From the NCBI GenBank assembly GCA_001179505.1, contig CDMY01000435.1, positions 1 through 64,000 on the forward strand: a stretch of DNA of 64,000 bases, given 5' to 3'. The position numbers and the translations under genes were made by a program. The number at the start of each line of letters is the position of its first letter. Position 1 is the first letter of the stretch. This stretch comes from Vitrella brassicaformis CCMP3155 (lineage: Eukaryota; Protista; Chromerida). The notes beneath the pieces were generated by a model. It saw only the letters and a list, made by a program, of their open reading frames with translations, was not told the origin of the DNA and ran no database searches. Shown piece by piece: positions 12,795 to 26,300 of this stretch.

Positions 12795-15700
12795 ATGTCA
12801 GGCTCATCTTCTGACCCCTTCGACCTGACCATCGAGTCAGAGCACGCGGGCCTCTCAGAGGACGCGTCTCTCCGTTACGCCCGGCTGCTGCAGGAGCAAT
12901 ACGTGATGGAGTCAGGACAGAGCTTGGAGGATGCCTACGCGAGTTATGAAAAGGTGAGGAGATATAAAGGCGTCACCTCAACGCCGACCCGTTTCTTTCT
13001 CGTAGAGGCCCAACAATGAACCGAGCTCTTCGGCCGCCGCCGCCGCTGCTGCTGCGCCTTCCCCTTCCGACAACACCAGGAAGCCATCGATCGCGGTTTC
13101 CCGCAGTTGGCCCAGCAGTCTAAAAAGGAGGCCAAGCGTGGCCGGGACAACCGCAATCAGCCACTCAAGAGGGTGAGTGAGGAGCTATTTAAACCCATCT
13201 CCCATGCGCACTGACCTCATTCTCACTTGCAGAGCATGAGGCGCAAAACACAACCTGGGTCGTCTGCCGCTGCTGCGGCTGCCGCACCACCATCGCCAGA
13301 GGACACGGAGAGTGAAGGGGAGGGGTCTGAGGACGGATGGAAGGACGAACCGGTACTTCTTGCTTAGGAAGGATGATTCTCACGTGAACACACTTCCCTG
13401 TTTCCTCTTGCTACCTTGTGTTTTGCGATGTTTGTCAGGTTATTGGTGACGACAAGCTTCTGATGACACCTGAGGTTTTCGCCGCCACCTTCGAGGGGAT
13501 CACGGATGACGATACCACCGTCCAGCCCGAGGAGGAAGAGGAGGAGCTCGGCGAGCTGTATGAGAACTGCGTCGTGGACCCAGACGAATACATCCATGAG
13601 GAAGACGCGCCGTCCCCTCCCCCACACCCATCGTCTGCGTCCCCCACAACCGCACCAGCGCCCGTCTTCACTTCTCCCAACAACAAGATCCCGCTCCCTC
13701 ACCCCGCCCTGCGCACATTCAGGCCCCGCACCAAGGGCAGGGGCAACGCGTGGATCACGTCAACGGGCCTGCGGGAGGTGAGGCGGAGTGCCAGTGACGC
13801 GGGCAAGGAGGAGAAAGAGCGACTAGAGTCTGGAAGGTCGACGGGAGGTCCGTCGTCGGTGTCGAAAGCGTTGGGTGCTCAGCCGGGCCAGCTCCTGTTC
13901 ATCGTCATTGAGGTGGGCATTCCAGACGCACACAGGGTCCATCCTCTCTCCTGCACGCCCTCTCCCCTTTCTGTGTTGCCTACCTGTGCAGATTTTCCAC
14001 TATTTGTGGAAGCACTCGATGATCAAGGGCAGATGTGTGCCCCACATATGGGGACGGAGTCTCATGAAGGGCGACAAGAACTGGCCCGAGCCGGCACCGT
14101 GGCGGTTTCAGGACTTCCTCTACCAGATGATGGGCCCACACACAGCCGACCACAAGCGACTTGTGAGAAAAGACAACATCAAGAAATCGTATACTGCTTT
14201 CGAGATGTCTGTCCGTGGCCGTGGGTCCATTCAGGTCATCGTTGTTCCCGAGAGCATGACAAAGTGGCACTCTGCGAACCCCTACCAACGAAAACGGCAA
14301 TTCGCCGAACTCTTCGACTCGTTCTCCAATGTAACCTAACGACTCGACTCGCCACTCCCAGCGAATGGATGCTCTCGACTGGCTTGTCTTGTGTGCAGGA
14401 GATGAGAGATCGGCCGGACGTGTCCGTCATCAGACAGACTACCAACAACGGAGGCGTCGTCAAGACGTGTCACGAACTGAGGAAGCTCGGCTATGCTGCC
14501 GAGGCCGCCGATTGTGACCAAGGTGCCGGTCTGCTCGGAGACGTCAACACACACCCGCTGACGGTGAGCCTGAGCATACTTTCACCAAATTCATCGCCCT
14601 GGCCCAAATGGTCGTTCTCTCTTTCCTCTGCAGCAATGGACGCAGTTTGGACGCAACCCTGGAGAGGGCAACCACGAGCGCAACAAGTGGAAGCGGTATT
14701 ACTCGCGAGTCAAGAAAACATGGTCGTTCAAAAGTCCGAAAGGTAGGTATACAGACAGGGAATAATGCAGCACATGCAGGTGCATCCAACCATCGGCTGA
14801 GGTTCTTTGTTCTCGCAGAGGCCCTCCAATTCTACGACGTGTTCTGCTCATTCTCGAACCGCTATCGCCTCCCCGGCCTGCCAATGAGCGTCAAGACCTT
14901 CCTCGGCATGGTGTGGGACCAGTACAGCAAGGACGACCCACAACACGATCTTCCATCGATCGACAAGGTACGTAGCTGAGGCACAACACGAAATGTCTGA
15001 GGGATCTATCCCCTGTTGTGTCTGTGTGGTGTGTGCAGGTCATGAGTTGGTTGATTGTGCCTCCCGGCGTCGACAGGGCCGAGTTGACCCAGGATCTCAA
15101 GAGACTCTGGCTTTACATCCGATGTCAGGGCGTGTACCCCGTCTGCGTCCACCCTGACACCGGCAAGGTAAGAGACGACCCTTCAGACGAATTGCCTTTA
15201 GTTGCTTCTGCTCTCCGATTCAGGTTGTGTCTGACACGTCACGCAAGGTTCCCCTCTCCGACTTCCCTCCTGGCTACTCCGAGGCCGACCTGCTCGAGAT
15301 CCCTCCCCGCGACAAGTATCGCCATCTTCGCGCTCCCCAGGACCCCCACCGCGCTCCGCGCACTCGCATCAGCCTGCTGAGGACCGCCATCCGCAAGACA
15401 GCGAAACAACGGTACGAGGAGTACCAGAAGCGAGAGATCGGCCACGTCGAGAAGGCCATCGAGGAGACCAAGAACGAGTCGGTCAACGTCGACAGCATCA
15501 CCCTTTCCAGGGGGGTTGCCCGTTCCAACTCCCACGGTCAGACGGGAGGATGGTTCTCACGGCATTCGACGTGTCAGCGTCATTTCGGCAATCACCTGCA
15601 CGGCGGAGAGAAGGGGGCGCTGCTGGCGGCCCTGGAGTGCAGGTTGCGGCACCTGCAGGGCCATGGGTGTCCAAAGTGCAATGACGGGGGGTCAGGGTGG

Positions 15701-16363
15701 GAGGAGTTCCAGAAACGGGAGACTCAGAGGCTGAAGGTCGAGCGCATCGACAGTTTCATCCAGGTGGTCGAGGCCGCAATACGTGATGGACGGCAAGAGA
15801 CCCCTCCCCATGGGATTGGAGTTTCCCACGTGCCTCCGTCGACATGGGTACGAACAGAAACACATCACGTGCATTCGTGGAAATCCGACCCATCAGTCGT
15901 ATCATACTGTTTGCGTGCAGCGCATGTCCCACAAGGAGCACGGTCGACCGCGATGTGAGATTCCGTTCACTGCAGGCACGGTCTCCTACCCCACCAGCAT
16001 GGAGGCTCTCCTGCGCAAACGGCAGCACGCAGTCGAGGGCGGGTGCGACGAGTGTGCGCCGTCGGCTCGCATGCATGACAACGAGGAGGCAGGGCCCCAG
16101 CTCACGAAACGGAATCGAAGGATGATGACGAGCATCGACGCTGCACTAGAGGTGATCGACAACGGCGACGTGCCAACGTCTCTCAAGAACACAGGGTGCT
16201 CACTCGATTCGGCCAAAAGGGGCGTCATCATGAAGCACGAGCGCAACAAAAAACGTGCCAAAAGTGGTTTTATTGGGGCACCAGCCGTACTAAGCTGCAA
16301 GCAATTCGGGACGCTCTTCTGCTCAAGAAATACCATCTGCCGGGCACGACGTGTTGTCGATGA
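12795..16363 (+). pseudogene. Multi-exon gene ending in three tandem AP2-like His/Cys repeats; the 3' part carries two apparent frameshifts
   Basis: Spliced exons from MSGSSSDPF (12795). Terminal region has repeats at ~15510-15680, ~15820-16070 and ~16190-16360, with frame breaks near 15790 and 16254. The second break is a 1-nt loss relative to the 59.4-kb paralogue. Confidence 0.55.
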
Positions 16364-16550
16364 GATTAGTCGCTCAATTACTATCTGTGTATGGTGCATT
16401 TCATATGGTGAGGGAATTGAAGGATGTGTCAGTGTGATGGTGGGTCGTTTGGGTACGCAATGAGGGAAATTTCCTGCGTTCTACCCCTTTTTCGATTCTC
16501 TTGGTAGACAAATATATAGATCGACATATGTAGTAGGTCTGACTGACGTG
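16180..16550 (+). repeat. Dispersed repeat family A, copy 1 (last AP2-like repeat plus 3' tail)
   Basis: Clear nucleotide match to 59370-59717. The tail ...atatgtagtaggtct also matches ~29215-29310. Confidence 0.9.
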
Positions 16551-16778
16551 TCGAGTAGCTGACGTGACTGGACGTGACGAGGTGTGGGACGACATACTTT
16601 TGCTTGCTTGGTGCGAACGGGGTTCTATGTATGCGGAGAAGCCAAGAGGAGAGGACCAGGAAGACAAGAGAGGCCACGCAAATTCCTTTTCCTTATCACT
16701 CGAGCGAATTTTTGTTGTCTGTATTTTGTTTCGCGCGTGTACGCCCCGCTTTGTGGCGGTGCTTCCCCGGGGATGCAG

Positions 16779-16893
16779 GATGAATCGAATTGTCACGGTA
16801 TCACGATGCTATTCATCTCGCCGTGCCGTCTGTGCGGGGAGGGCGACGAGCGGGGGGGGACAGCATTGGTGCAGCCGATTCTGCATCTGCTCC
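16779..16893 (+). repeat. ~115-bp dispersed repeat, second copy at 19701-19809
   Basis: Shared blocks gatgaatcgaat, ttcatctcgccg, ccgtctg, cggggaggg, ggtgcagc, ctgcatc.gctcc. Confidence 0.8.
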
Positions 16894-17509
16894 GAACGCC
16901 TCTGTGCCTTCGCATGCCGGGGGCGACAGTCCCGCCATACTTGAGGACGTTTGTATAGCGCGCTTGTGTTTCAGGTGGCGAAAACTCCAAACAGCCTACC
17001 GTCAGCGATTCTAAGCCGTTAGTTACCTGTCCTAAGCAGGTGTTCAATCCCCAATGAGACATAACGGATCAGCACGTGGTTAACAGCAGCGCATTAGCAC
17101 AAGAATTTCATCAAGTGCACAGTGTTTCCATTCTTATCAAATGTTGTGGGTAAAAGCTCCTCCCTTGCACCCACTTGAGTGTGGGTTTATCGATGTCGTC
17201 CCAGGTACCCAATAGCGTCGGGACGAAATGGGAGGTCCATGGGTGATACATCCGAAATGAGTCACGGATGGAGTAGGGAAGCAGTGGACTTCAAATGGCG
17301 CGTTTGATTGGTGATTAACCCACTCTGAGTTCGGAAGGAGGGTCAAGGTCCAGTTTTGACTGGAAAAAAGTCCACTTGAAGGTTGCGAATCCTCTCCATC
17401 AGCAGAGCGACCAGAATGCGCATGGCACTGAAGTCCGCTTGAGGGAAAAAAAGCGTTTCAAGTGGTAACGGTGCCCACAGAAACTCTCGTGTGACGATTT
17501 CTTTCTCAA

Positions 17510-18860
17510 ATGTCGAAACACGACACGTGGGCCAGTAGCATGGTGGCGACTCAAACACACGGCAGGCGTCCAGTGTTCTCTTCGAGCGACGCACTCTCGG
17601 AAGAGTTCGCCAGCAGCAACGACAACAGCGATCATTGCTGCGAGAAGGTTGGATTCAGTCCATGGCCAAGTTTTTTCAGCTTCGCCGCCTGCTGTTGCGT
17701 TGCTGAAGCTTCTTTATATGAGGCGTCACAGCAGTTCACATGCGTACGCAAGCACTGAGGTTTCCCGCTTCACGTGTCTCCATCCTCGTGTACATCTCTT
17801 CCTCAGTTCGAGGCTACAAGTCCTTCATCAAAGGACTGTGATCGTGCTTTGAGGAAAGAGGTAAGTACGCAAAGCACGCGATGATGCCGCAGGATAGAAC
17901 CGCGTCGGTGCGTTGGTGTTGTGTGTATATGTGTGTGTGTCGTTTTTTTTTTATCCAAGCTCCCGCCCGATTATCATGGATGTGTGGTGCCTCCGGGCTG
18001 CTACTTGAAGGAGAACACGGCAGAGAAGATGATGGAGGGAATCAATAGAGATTCGGAAGCAGCCGTGTGGAAGAAGGACAAGAAGAACCACCTGAAAGAA
18101 AGGGTATGCAACAAAGTCAGACAACTATATGCACTATTTTTGGCACATATTCGCGTGAATTGGTGTCTTTGCAGGCGAAGGAGGTGAGGCACAAGACATG
18201 CGATGGGCATCGCTTACTCTTATTGGTTGGTAGTTCGTGACAGCCGCCTTAACTGGTTTGGAGTGTACCGCAGTCGATACAGGTCCGCAGTCGATATGCA
18301 AGGGTCGCTATCTGCGTACTGAGTCCGTCGTTGCGGTTCGATTCAGGCATTTCCCGAAAAGCTCACGCCCACAGCCACAAGCGACGCATCCTTTCCCCCC
18401 ATCATTCCTGTTGACACCCTCTCTGCTATTCTCTTTGCGATTCAGGCATGGGTGTCACCCGAGGTGCTGTTGTCTCACTTGATCGGAATGTCACGGTACG
18501 AAAAAACAAGATGCGGAGGCAAGCCTTCACGCACAAGGATTGCCTTCCTTTCCCAAGAAACTGAGTATTGACTTACGTGACCCACCAGTGTCTCTGTGTG
18601 CCGTCCCCCTTGGGAGTGTCGAATCGGTCAAAAGTATCGACCAGCTCGACCATAAAGTAGGCAAACCCGCCCCTTGAAGTGTCTTTCTCCCTTCCTTTAC
18701 TACATTTTCATTCAGACGCGCCTGGTGTTGGGGAAGTCCCATTTGAACTCCAACGACATGAAAGATCTCATCGTAGTTGAGGTGCGTGACGTGTGCCAGG
18801 CAGAAACAGAAAGCGCGTCTCTAGTCCCCTCGTTACCACACATAGTTTCGCGAACCTGAT
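17510..18860 (+). CDS. Small multi-exon hypothetical gene (or relic)
   Basis: GT-AG bounded blocks such as FEATSPSSKDCDRALRKE and LPPDYHGCVVPPGCYLKENTAEKMMEG. No family recognised. Confidence 0.3.
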
Positions 18861-20059
18861 ACGAGACTGAGGCGATGTATCGGTCTCATTTGTCCTCCCT
18901 TGCACCACTGGGCCCCGTCAGCGGTATCTGTGCAGAAGCTTCCCGTCTCACCATCGGACAAGGGGAGGAACACTCGAAGGTAATGAGGGACGAAATGACA
19001 CATAAGACTCTGTTCTTTCGTTGGTGGATGCTCATCACCTTCGCAAGCGAGGATTCTCCATCCCCAAGCAAGCCGGAGACCATTTCTCTATCAGCAACTG
19101 AATTCAAGAGATCGCTCGCAATTCTCAGGTACTCGCGGAAGCGTACGTTCTCAACTGAAACCTCACATGCTCTTCCTCTTGGTCGAGTGACCCTTCTCAG
19201 TATATATGGACAGAAGACATTCCCTGCCGCCTCCAATGTCCGAAAAGAGTGAAGAGGGATGAAAGTGGCGGATATTTACGTTGCCGCACTCTCGTTAAGC
19301 TATGGACACTCTCGGAGAGTTTGTCGATACACGATGCATGCAGCCAGGTACTGGCGATGGATTTTGTTGCTGTGCCGGACATTCATTTCGCCCGTCTCAC
19401 CATCGGACAAGGGGGTAGACAGAAACCTGAACACCGCGCGCACATCCCACGAACATGAAACTGACACACACACCACACACATATCCCCCCCCTGACACAC
19501 ACACACAATAGCACAACCAGCCAGCCGCCGCCCAGCGGGATAGAAGTTGGGCCGGGCGCTTTCCCCCGCGCTCCTTAAATACGGGAGGGAATGTAAAGGA
19601 GGTGTTGATAGCTGACTTTTTCTAGTTGTGTTTGAGACCGCCCGAACGAAAACATCGCGAGACATGAAGGATTCGATAAGGGAGAGAACACAGCTGGATT
19701 GATGAATCGAATCATCACGATTGATCGCGAATCACGATATTGTTCATCTCGCCGCATCCGTCTGCGGGGAGGGGGACAACATGGGTGCAGCGAATACTGC
19801 ATCAGCTCCTTCCACGCTGAACCGACAACCTTCTCCTTCGAACGCGTTAGCAAGTGGTATAGTGTTCCCGACTTGTTTTGGGTTAGAGAGCCGCACGGAA
19901 TAACACGCCTTGGCTAGCTCGCGTTTGAGAAGGCGAGGAGAGGGGAAAAAAAGCGCAACCAGACAGAAGCTCAGTTGCTATTGGGTGACGACCGGTCTCT
20001 CACTCTCCCCCCTCTTCGATTCCTCTATCACCCCTCTTCCTCTGGTTTCGTCAGACACC

Positions 20060-22618
20060 ATGACGTCGACCTCCGCTCTCCCTTCTCACTCCTCGCCTCC
20101 CCCCGACCCCACTGCCTCTCCTTCTCTGCGTATCGGTGTGGATCCCCATCTCTCGCCGCCAACGGAGGCTCACAGTATCAGCTATCTCCAAGCGTCGCCT
20201 GGTGCCGTGCCTGTCGTCGGTATGGCGGTGTTGACGGCGAGTCACGGGCACCGGCGCACGATGACGCACACGGTGGACTTGGAGGAGGACGGAGTCGTGC
20301 TGGCTCACGTGGAGGTTGAAGGGGAGAGCGGTGGGCAGCAGATCGGGGGAGGCACTGATGATGGACTGGAAAAGGTAAGGGGCAGGCACCACGGCATTCG
20401 GCTTGTGGTTGCAAATTTTGGTCAGTGCTCAAGATGATGCATTGTGTATGTGCTCAGGGGGAAGGGGTGCCTTGTGCTAAGGCAACGAGGACTGGTCGTC
20501 GTGACCCGTTGAATCGCATCGTGTCCATGCTCTTCGGCTCGCAGACGCAGTATGGCAGCGTCTTCCTCATGCTCAACATCTGGACATACGTCTCGCAAGG
20601 TGCGTAAACGAGGCAGAATGAGTGCGATGATGTGGCTGAAGATGTACTGTGTTGCTGGTCGTCCCTTTCAAGGCTTTCGCGGCCCTTCTGAGCAGGCGAT
20701 GGTTTGGACAGCGATGCGTCAGGGTGCCAACCCTGCTGCCGTGCAGGCGGCCATTGGCACCATGATGCTCCCCTGGGTGCTGAAACCTTGCTACGGTAAG
20801 TTTCAGTGCGCGACGCAACGACGGGACGACTCGATGGGCTTGTCGTGGTGCGGTGCAGGTCTGCTGGCGGACACATTCCCGATCTGCCGTCGCCACATAA
20901 AACCGTACTACCTTATGAGTGCCGCCCTTGCCATGACGTGTCTTGCGTGTGTGGCGTCCGAGAGCATCACACCCGACTGGACAAACATGGTCAGCGCCCT
21001 CCTCGCCATGGAAGTCGGTAAGTTAGTTCTCGACAGCCCAAGATGAAGCGTGCCTACAACCAGCCCGTGTGTGAGTTTTCCGTGTGCAGGCGGTGCGTTT
21101 ATGGATGTGTTGGCTGATGCACTGGTGGTTCGCGAGGCCAAGTACAACGACAGTGGCAGTGGAGATGTGCAGTCGATGTCTTGGTTCTGCCTGGCTCTTG
21201 GTGCGATCCTCTCGATGTTCGTCTCAGGTACCCAACCACTCGCACCACCGATTTGGATAACACAGTAAATGCACCTGTCGCCTGTCTGGTTCGTGGTGGT
21301 CCACGCAGGCGTCCTGTTTGATGCCGAGATGCATCGGGTTTTCGTGGCGATCGTGGCAGGGGCCCAGTCCCTCGCCTTCGTGCTGATGATCGCCTACCGG
21401 GAGAGACCCACGCCCACTCCATTTACCTGGAACGTGCTCAAGACGCTCTCCAGCAACCTCTGGGCAGTGCTCAAGACCGTCAGCAAGCCAATTTGCTGGC
21501 GACCGATGATATGGTTCTTCTTTGCACAAGTCGCCTCGTTCTCACTCAGCACACCTCTGCAGTGGATGAGGAAAGAAATCGGGTAAGTCCGCAGACGTAG
21601 ATCGACGGACGGACGGACAAACGGATGGAGAGATGGGTGCATGAGGAGCGCCGAAGAAGCTGTTTACTTTTACGCATCTTCCGTCTTGTGTGTGCGAAGG
21701 TTTTCCGAGGGTCAGATCCAGTACGCCAGTGCGGTGAACTTTTTGTTCCTCATGTTGGGCACGGTTGTGTACGGGCGGTTCCTGCAAAAGGTGACGTTCC
21801 GCAAGATCTGGTTCGGCACCACCCTCATTCTCACCACTCTCATCCTCCCCGACTACATACAGGTCAGGACCATGCAAAATCATGCTCCTCCTGACGTCCT
21901 CTGCATGCGTTCATCCGTATACGTAGGCGAGTCGTCTGAATGTGTCGTGGGGCATCCCGGACTGGCTCTTCCTCTATGGGGCCGACAGTTTTGCCACCTT
22001 TTTCGATCGTATCTACACTATGCCCTTCCTCGTCATGGCCGCGCAGCTGTGCCCGCCAGGACTGGAGGCCCTGCTCTTTGCAGGTACAAGACACAAGATG
22101 GATAGGCATCGAATGACCCCGCGTCCCGTCTTGTGTCAGGTTTGATGTCGTGGAGCAACCTGGCGACCAGCTGCCAGCGTCACCTCGGCGCGGCCGTGCA
22201 GTCGTTGTACGGTGTGACGGAGGACAATTATCTCGAGATGCTCCCGAGCCTGATCCTGATCAAGGCGGGTTGCACTCTGGTGCCCCTCCTCTTTCTATTT
22301 CTGGTGCCCAACACCTGCTCCATCCTCACGGACGCCCAGAAGGAGCTCTACGGCGTCAACTTTGACAACCAGAGCACGAACAAGGCCGACAGGCAGCAGA
22401 CGGAAGAGGCTACCACTGTTATCGAGGAAGATGAGGCAGTTCCGGACGCCGTCAAGGTTCCCCATGGCATCTCTCTTGAGCGCTCCCAATCCACCATCAC
22501 TGGCGTCAGCAGTGTGGCTCAGGCCGACAACGCCAGCAGCGGCGCGCAGGTGGACAGAGATACGAGCGGCACGACCGAGGAAGACCCGCAAGAGGGCCTA
22601 ACAAACCAAGACGAGTGA
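20060..22618 (+). CDS. Folate-biopterin transporter (FBT/BT1 family, MFS)
   Basis: MMLPWVLKPCYG|LLADTFPI, FMDVLADALVV, VQSMSW, IYTMPFLVMAAQLCPPGLEALLFA, LMSWSNL and LVPLLFLFLVP match BT1-family motifs. Multiple hydrophobic segments. Confidence 0.9.
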
Positions 22619-23370
22619 GGTTTTCAGTGGTAAGTCGTCAGTCGTTCATGTACGGGAAAGAAAGAATTTCTTGTAGGAATCAGTGTAATCAGTGTAGTGA
22701 TAGATCTGCGTCTGGGCTCTATGTATAGAGTGTGTGAACGTTTTTCGAATTGCGTGTACACATAGGGAGAGGGAGACATAAGTTTCCTGGGGTGCGACGC
22801 CAGACAACCAGACGTTCCGTCAGTGTGGGCAAGCCCTCTCTGTCTGCCTGTGCTTCTATCTATTTTCTCCACATGACAAGCCTGAAGACAGTGTTCATGC
22901 TGTTTCCGAAGCAAGATCTCTGTAGTGCGAGTGTGCGTTCGCTCACGACTTTTCGTCCTCATGTTTCATGCATGAGATGCGAGTGAATGAATGGATGCGA
23001 TGCACCCTCCCCATGATCGGACTCATGTCAACAGAAGACTGTCAGATCTTTTCTATGTAGCCGATCCAGCTCCGCACGTAGCTCCTGCAGCCTCTCCTCG
23101 CAAGCCTCCACACATCCAACGTACGCGAGCTGACAGAGTAGAACACATGGTAGATGAATACATGTCTCCGCATTTCCAGTAATACGTAAACCCTCAGCGC
23201 GAACCCACATGTGAGGCGAGAAATGAAAAACGGTGCAAAAAGGGCAAGAGCGTAGCAGTCGCAGGGCCACCCACGTACGAAAGCGTTTGACTCCGACCTG
23301 AACCCAAACCGCGAGGCCAGTTGGAGTATCAGCAGGAGCTCGGGGTAACGATTAGGAATGTGACGAACAT

Positions 23371-26300
23371 GTGACGAACCCGAAAGAAGCATTCAGTGAC
23401 GACGGAGGTCTCATGGACACTCAAGCTTGGGTCCACAACCATCGCAAACTCATGACTCGTAGATCTCGCCCGTGTAACTCGGTCTGGGCACAGGAAGGGA
23501 ACCTCAGTCTGGAACCTAGATGCGGCACACGCCACTTTTCGGCCTGGTTGCGTCGGATCTGTCTCCGAACGACCACCCAGACGATCTCAAGACGGCGATG
23601 GAAGCCGAGGAGGAAAATGCGGCTGCCAGTGGCACGGCAGGTGCAGATGCTCAGCAAGGAGCGGAATGTGATGGCTTGCGGGAGCCGTTGGGATGCGAGA
23701 AGCGGGTTGGTGTGGCGTACATCTCTGCAGCTTCATCGCATGTCCGCGTTGAGGGGGAGGAAGAGACCTGCATGGCCAGCCGGGTGCTCACATCATCAAG
23801 TGAGGAAGAGATCACGACCGACGAACGAGGCCTGTGGGAGACCATGGATGCGAATGAAAGGTCAGCAGGGAAAAGGAATGACCTCACGCATATCCTACGT
23901 GAGCTGCCTGTTGCTGATGTATGTTCTGCATCTTACTTATGACACTGGCTGGCTTCAGTTGTGTCTGTTATTCCTCGGGGGCACTGATTCACGTTGTACA
24001 CTTATCTTCGCGCGACAAGAGCACTGAAGGCCACCACGTGACCGGCACAAGTCAAGGAGCCACTGCCTCCCCCACAACCAACGAGCGAGACAAGTCGAGT
24101 GTGACGTATACATTGGACTTTCACACGCCGGCGTCAGGCGACGAGACTGCAGGAAGGGACAACAAGGGCAGGAGGGTGGTTTCTATGTCACTTTCGAGTC
24201 ATGGTTCGGTGTACTTCTTGCTGTCCTGCGACAACATGGGCAGGCTGCTCTGCACCAAACTCGCCAGAGTGGCAAGGAAACCTGCACGGGAGTGTCGCAA
24301 AGTGGACAATATCTATGCTTGCGTTGTCTTTGTGTTTGTCCAGTCCGAGGGTCGCGTGGTACAAGAGGCGGTGAAGTTCGCAGGAGTGCAGTTCGGATCC
24401 GACATGCCGAAAAAGGTACTCCGTCATGATGTTAAGAAACCCCGACATCCACCCACCTGCATGTCCTTCTCTCAGGTTTGCTGGCATCCGACGGATACGA
24501 GCTTGTTCTCTACCGCACATCCATCAGCCATCTACGTGTGGAACATCAGCCAACTCAAACAACAGAACAACCTCAGTCAGGAAGACCTACCAACGGTACA
24601 AAAGGTCGCGACACCTGGAGAGCCCTTCGTACGTACGCGGATGCTGCCATCTCCCCCTCTTGCTTCCGTGGCATATGTCAGATATCTGATGAACTAAAGA
24701 GTCGCTGCAGCACGTCGGTCCCTCTCGAGTCCTATCGCGAACAAATCCTCAGCGAGCCTCACGGAGAAGGAACGGGCACAGTGGAGGTGGCGCTCGTCTG
24801 CTTCGCACCTCACGGACAAGGCATTCTCGGAGCACTGGCGACTGAAGCACGCGGTGCGTACATCGCTGTCTGGTGGACACAGGTATGCCGGAACTCATCA
24901 GGGCGCTAAAGGATTGCCAAATGAGCTTCTTCGTCTCCCTTCTGCACAGAAAGTTGAGGATGGTCTCGTGATGTGCCAGTGCGTCGAGTGTCGGCCTGCG
25001 GGCTTCTCGGGCATCGATGCCGATCCACCACAACAGCAGGGGCGAAGGATCGAGGTATCGGCACTCGAGTGCAACGCCATCTCGCCTCTCCGAGCAACCG
25101 ATGGCCATCCGTCCTCTTTTCCATTCGTCGCCGTCCTGCTCACAGCCACATCTGCCAACCACAGCGACAATAAGAGCCAGCATCAGCAGAATGGTGTCTC
25201 CGATGCGTCAACCAGCAGCAACAGCAGTAGCACTATGGTGCTGACAGAGCTGCAGATCTATGGGTGGGAGCCGTCTGAGTCGTCCAGCCTCCCGACCCTC
25301 TCGGCTGCACCAATGCAAGTCATCGATTTCCGCGTCCCTCTGCTCCCGAAACACCCGTCGGCTTCTTCTTTTGGCATGTTCGGCTCTCCCATCCTGTTGC
25401 TGAGTCCGACCTACCTGACTCTCGCGATACGGCACCAATGCAAGAAAGGCGATGAAGCTTCACAGCAGCTTCAGCAGCAGCTGTGTGACGTCATGCTCTT
25501 CGACCTCAATCATCCGACTGCCAAGGCATCGCATTCCTTCCTCAGGCCTGCACCCGTACAAATGCCCATCGAGAAACTCAAACACGTGAGTACTGGGAGG
25601 GACACAGCTCACAATCCAGAGTCATATCCGCCAGTCGTATCTGCCCGCTTGTGTCCAGATATCATTGCCTTTCGTCGCCGATCTTCGTCTCGTGGTGCGT
25701 GGAATGGACAGCGGTGCACCGTTCCCCGCATCCAAGCGTTCATCAAGCACTTACTTGCTGGCTTTGGAGCAGAAGGCACTCGTGTCCTACGTGCAAGCGG
25801 CAAAAGGAGCAGAGAGCAGCAAGGCCAGCACAGGCGGCACCGGTGTTGCGGAGACACCACAGGCTACTCAGACACAGGTAGCAAACATTGAAAATGTGCC
25901 ATGAACAAATCGAAGCGATGCCACTTCTTCTGGTCGATTCAGGATACCGCAAGAGAGTCGAACGGCGCTTCGCCGCCGGAAGACTCGCCCTCCCCGCCCC
26001 CGATTGCGTCCATTGAGCCGGCACCGTCACCTCCCACCCTCTCCAACGGGATCGACGCTTCCTGCCCTGCGATTTCCACGGATGCCCCTCTCATTCCCAA
26101 GCGCGAGCCAACTGCCATGCCTGTGCCACTTCCGGGCGAGACACAGCTCGGGTCAGCCACCACGGCCGCGGTGTTAGATACCTGCGTCAATCCAGGTGAT
26201 CGTCGCGTCGCCACACAAGAGCCAGGGAGTGCGGAAGCCGGGCGCGCTCCAATTGACCTGTCGGTCGTTGCGGAGCAAGGAGACGAGACAGCCTTCCAGC

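Noticed and set aside
13418-14746. 442-aa ORF as a single-exon gene
   Set aside because: It reads through several GT-AG introns; the coding frame switches (e.g. 13875-14339), so it is part of the spliced 12795-16363 model.
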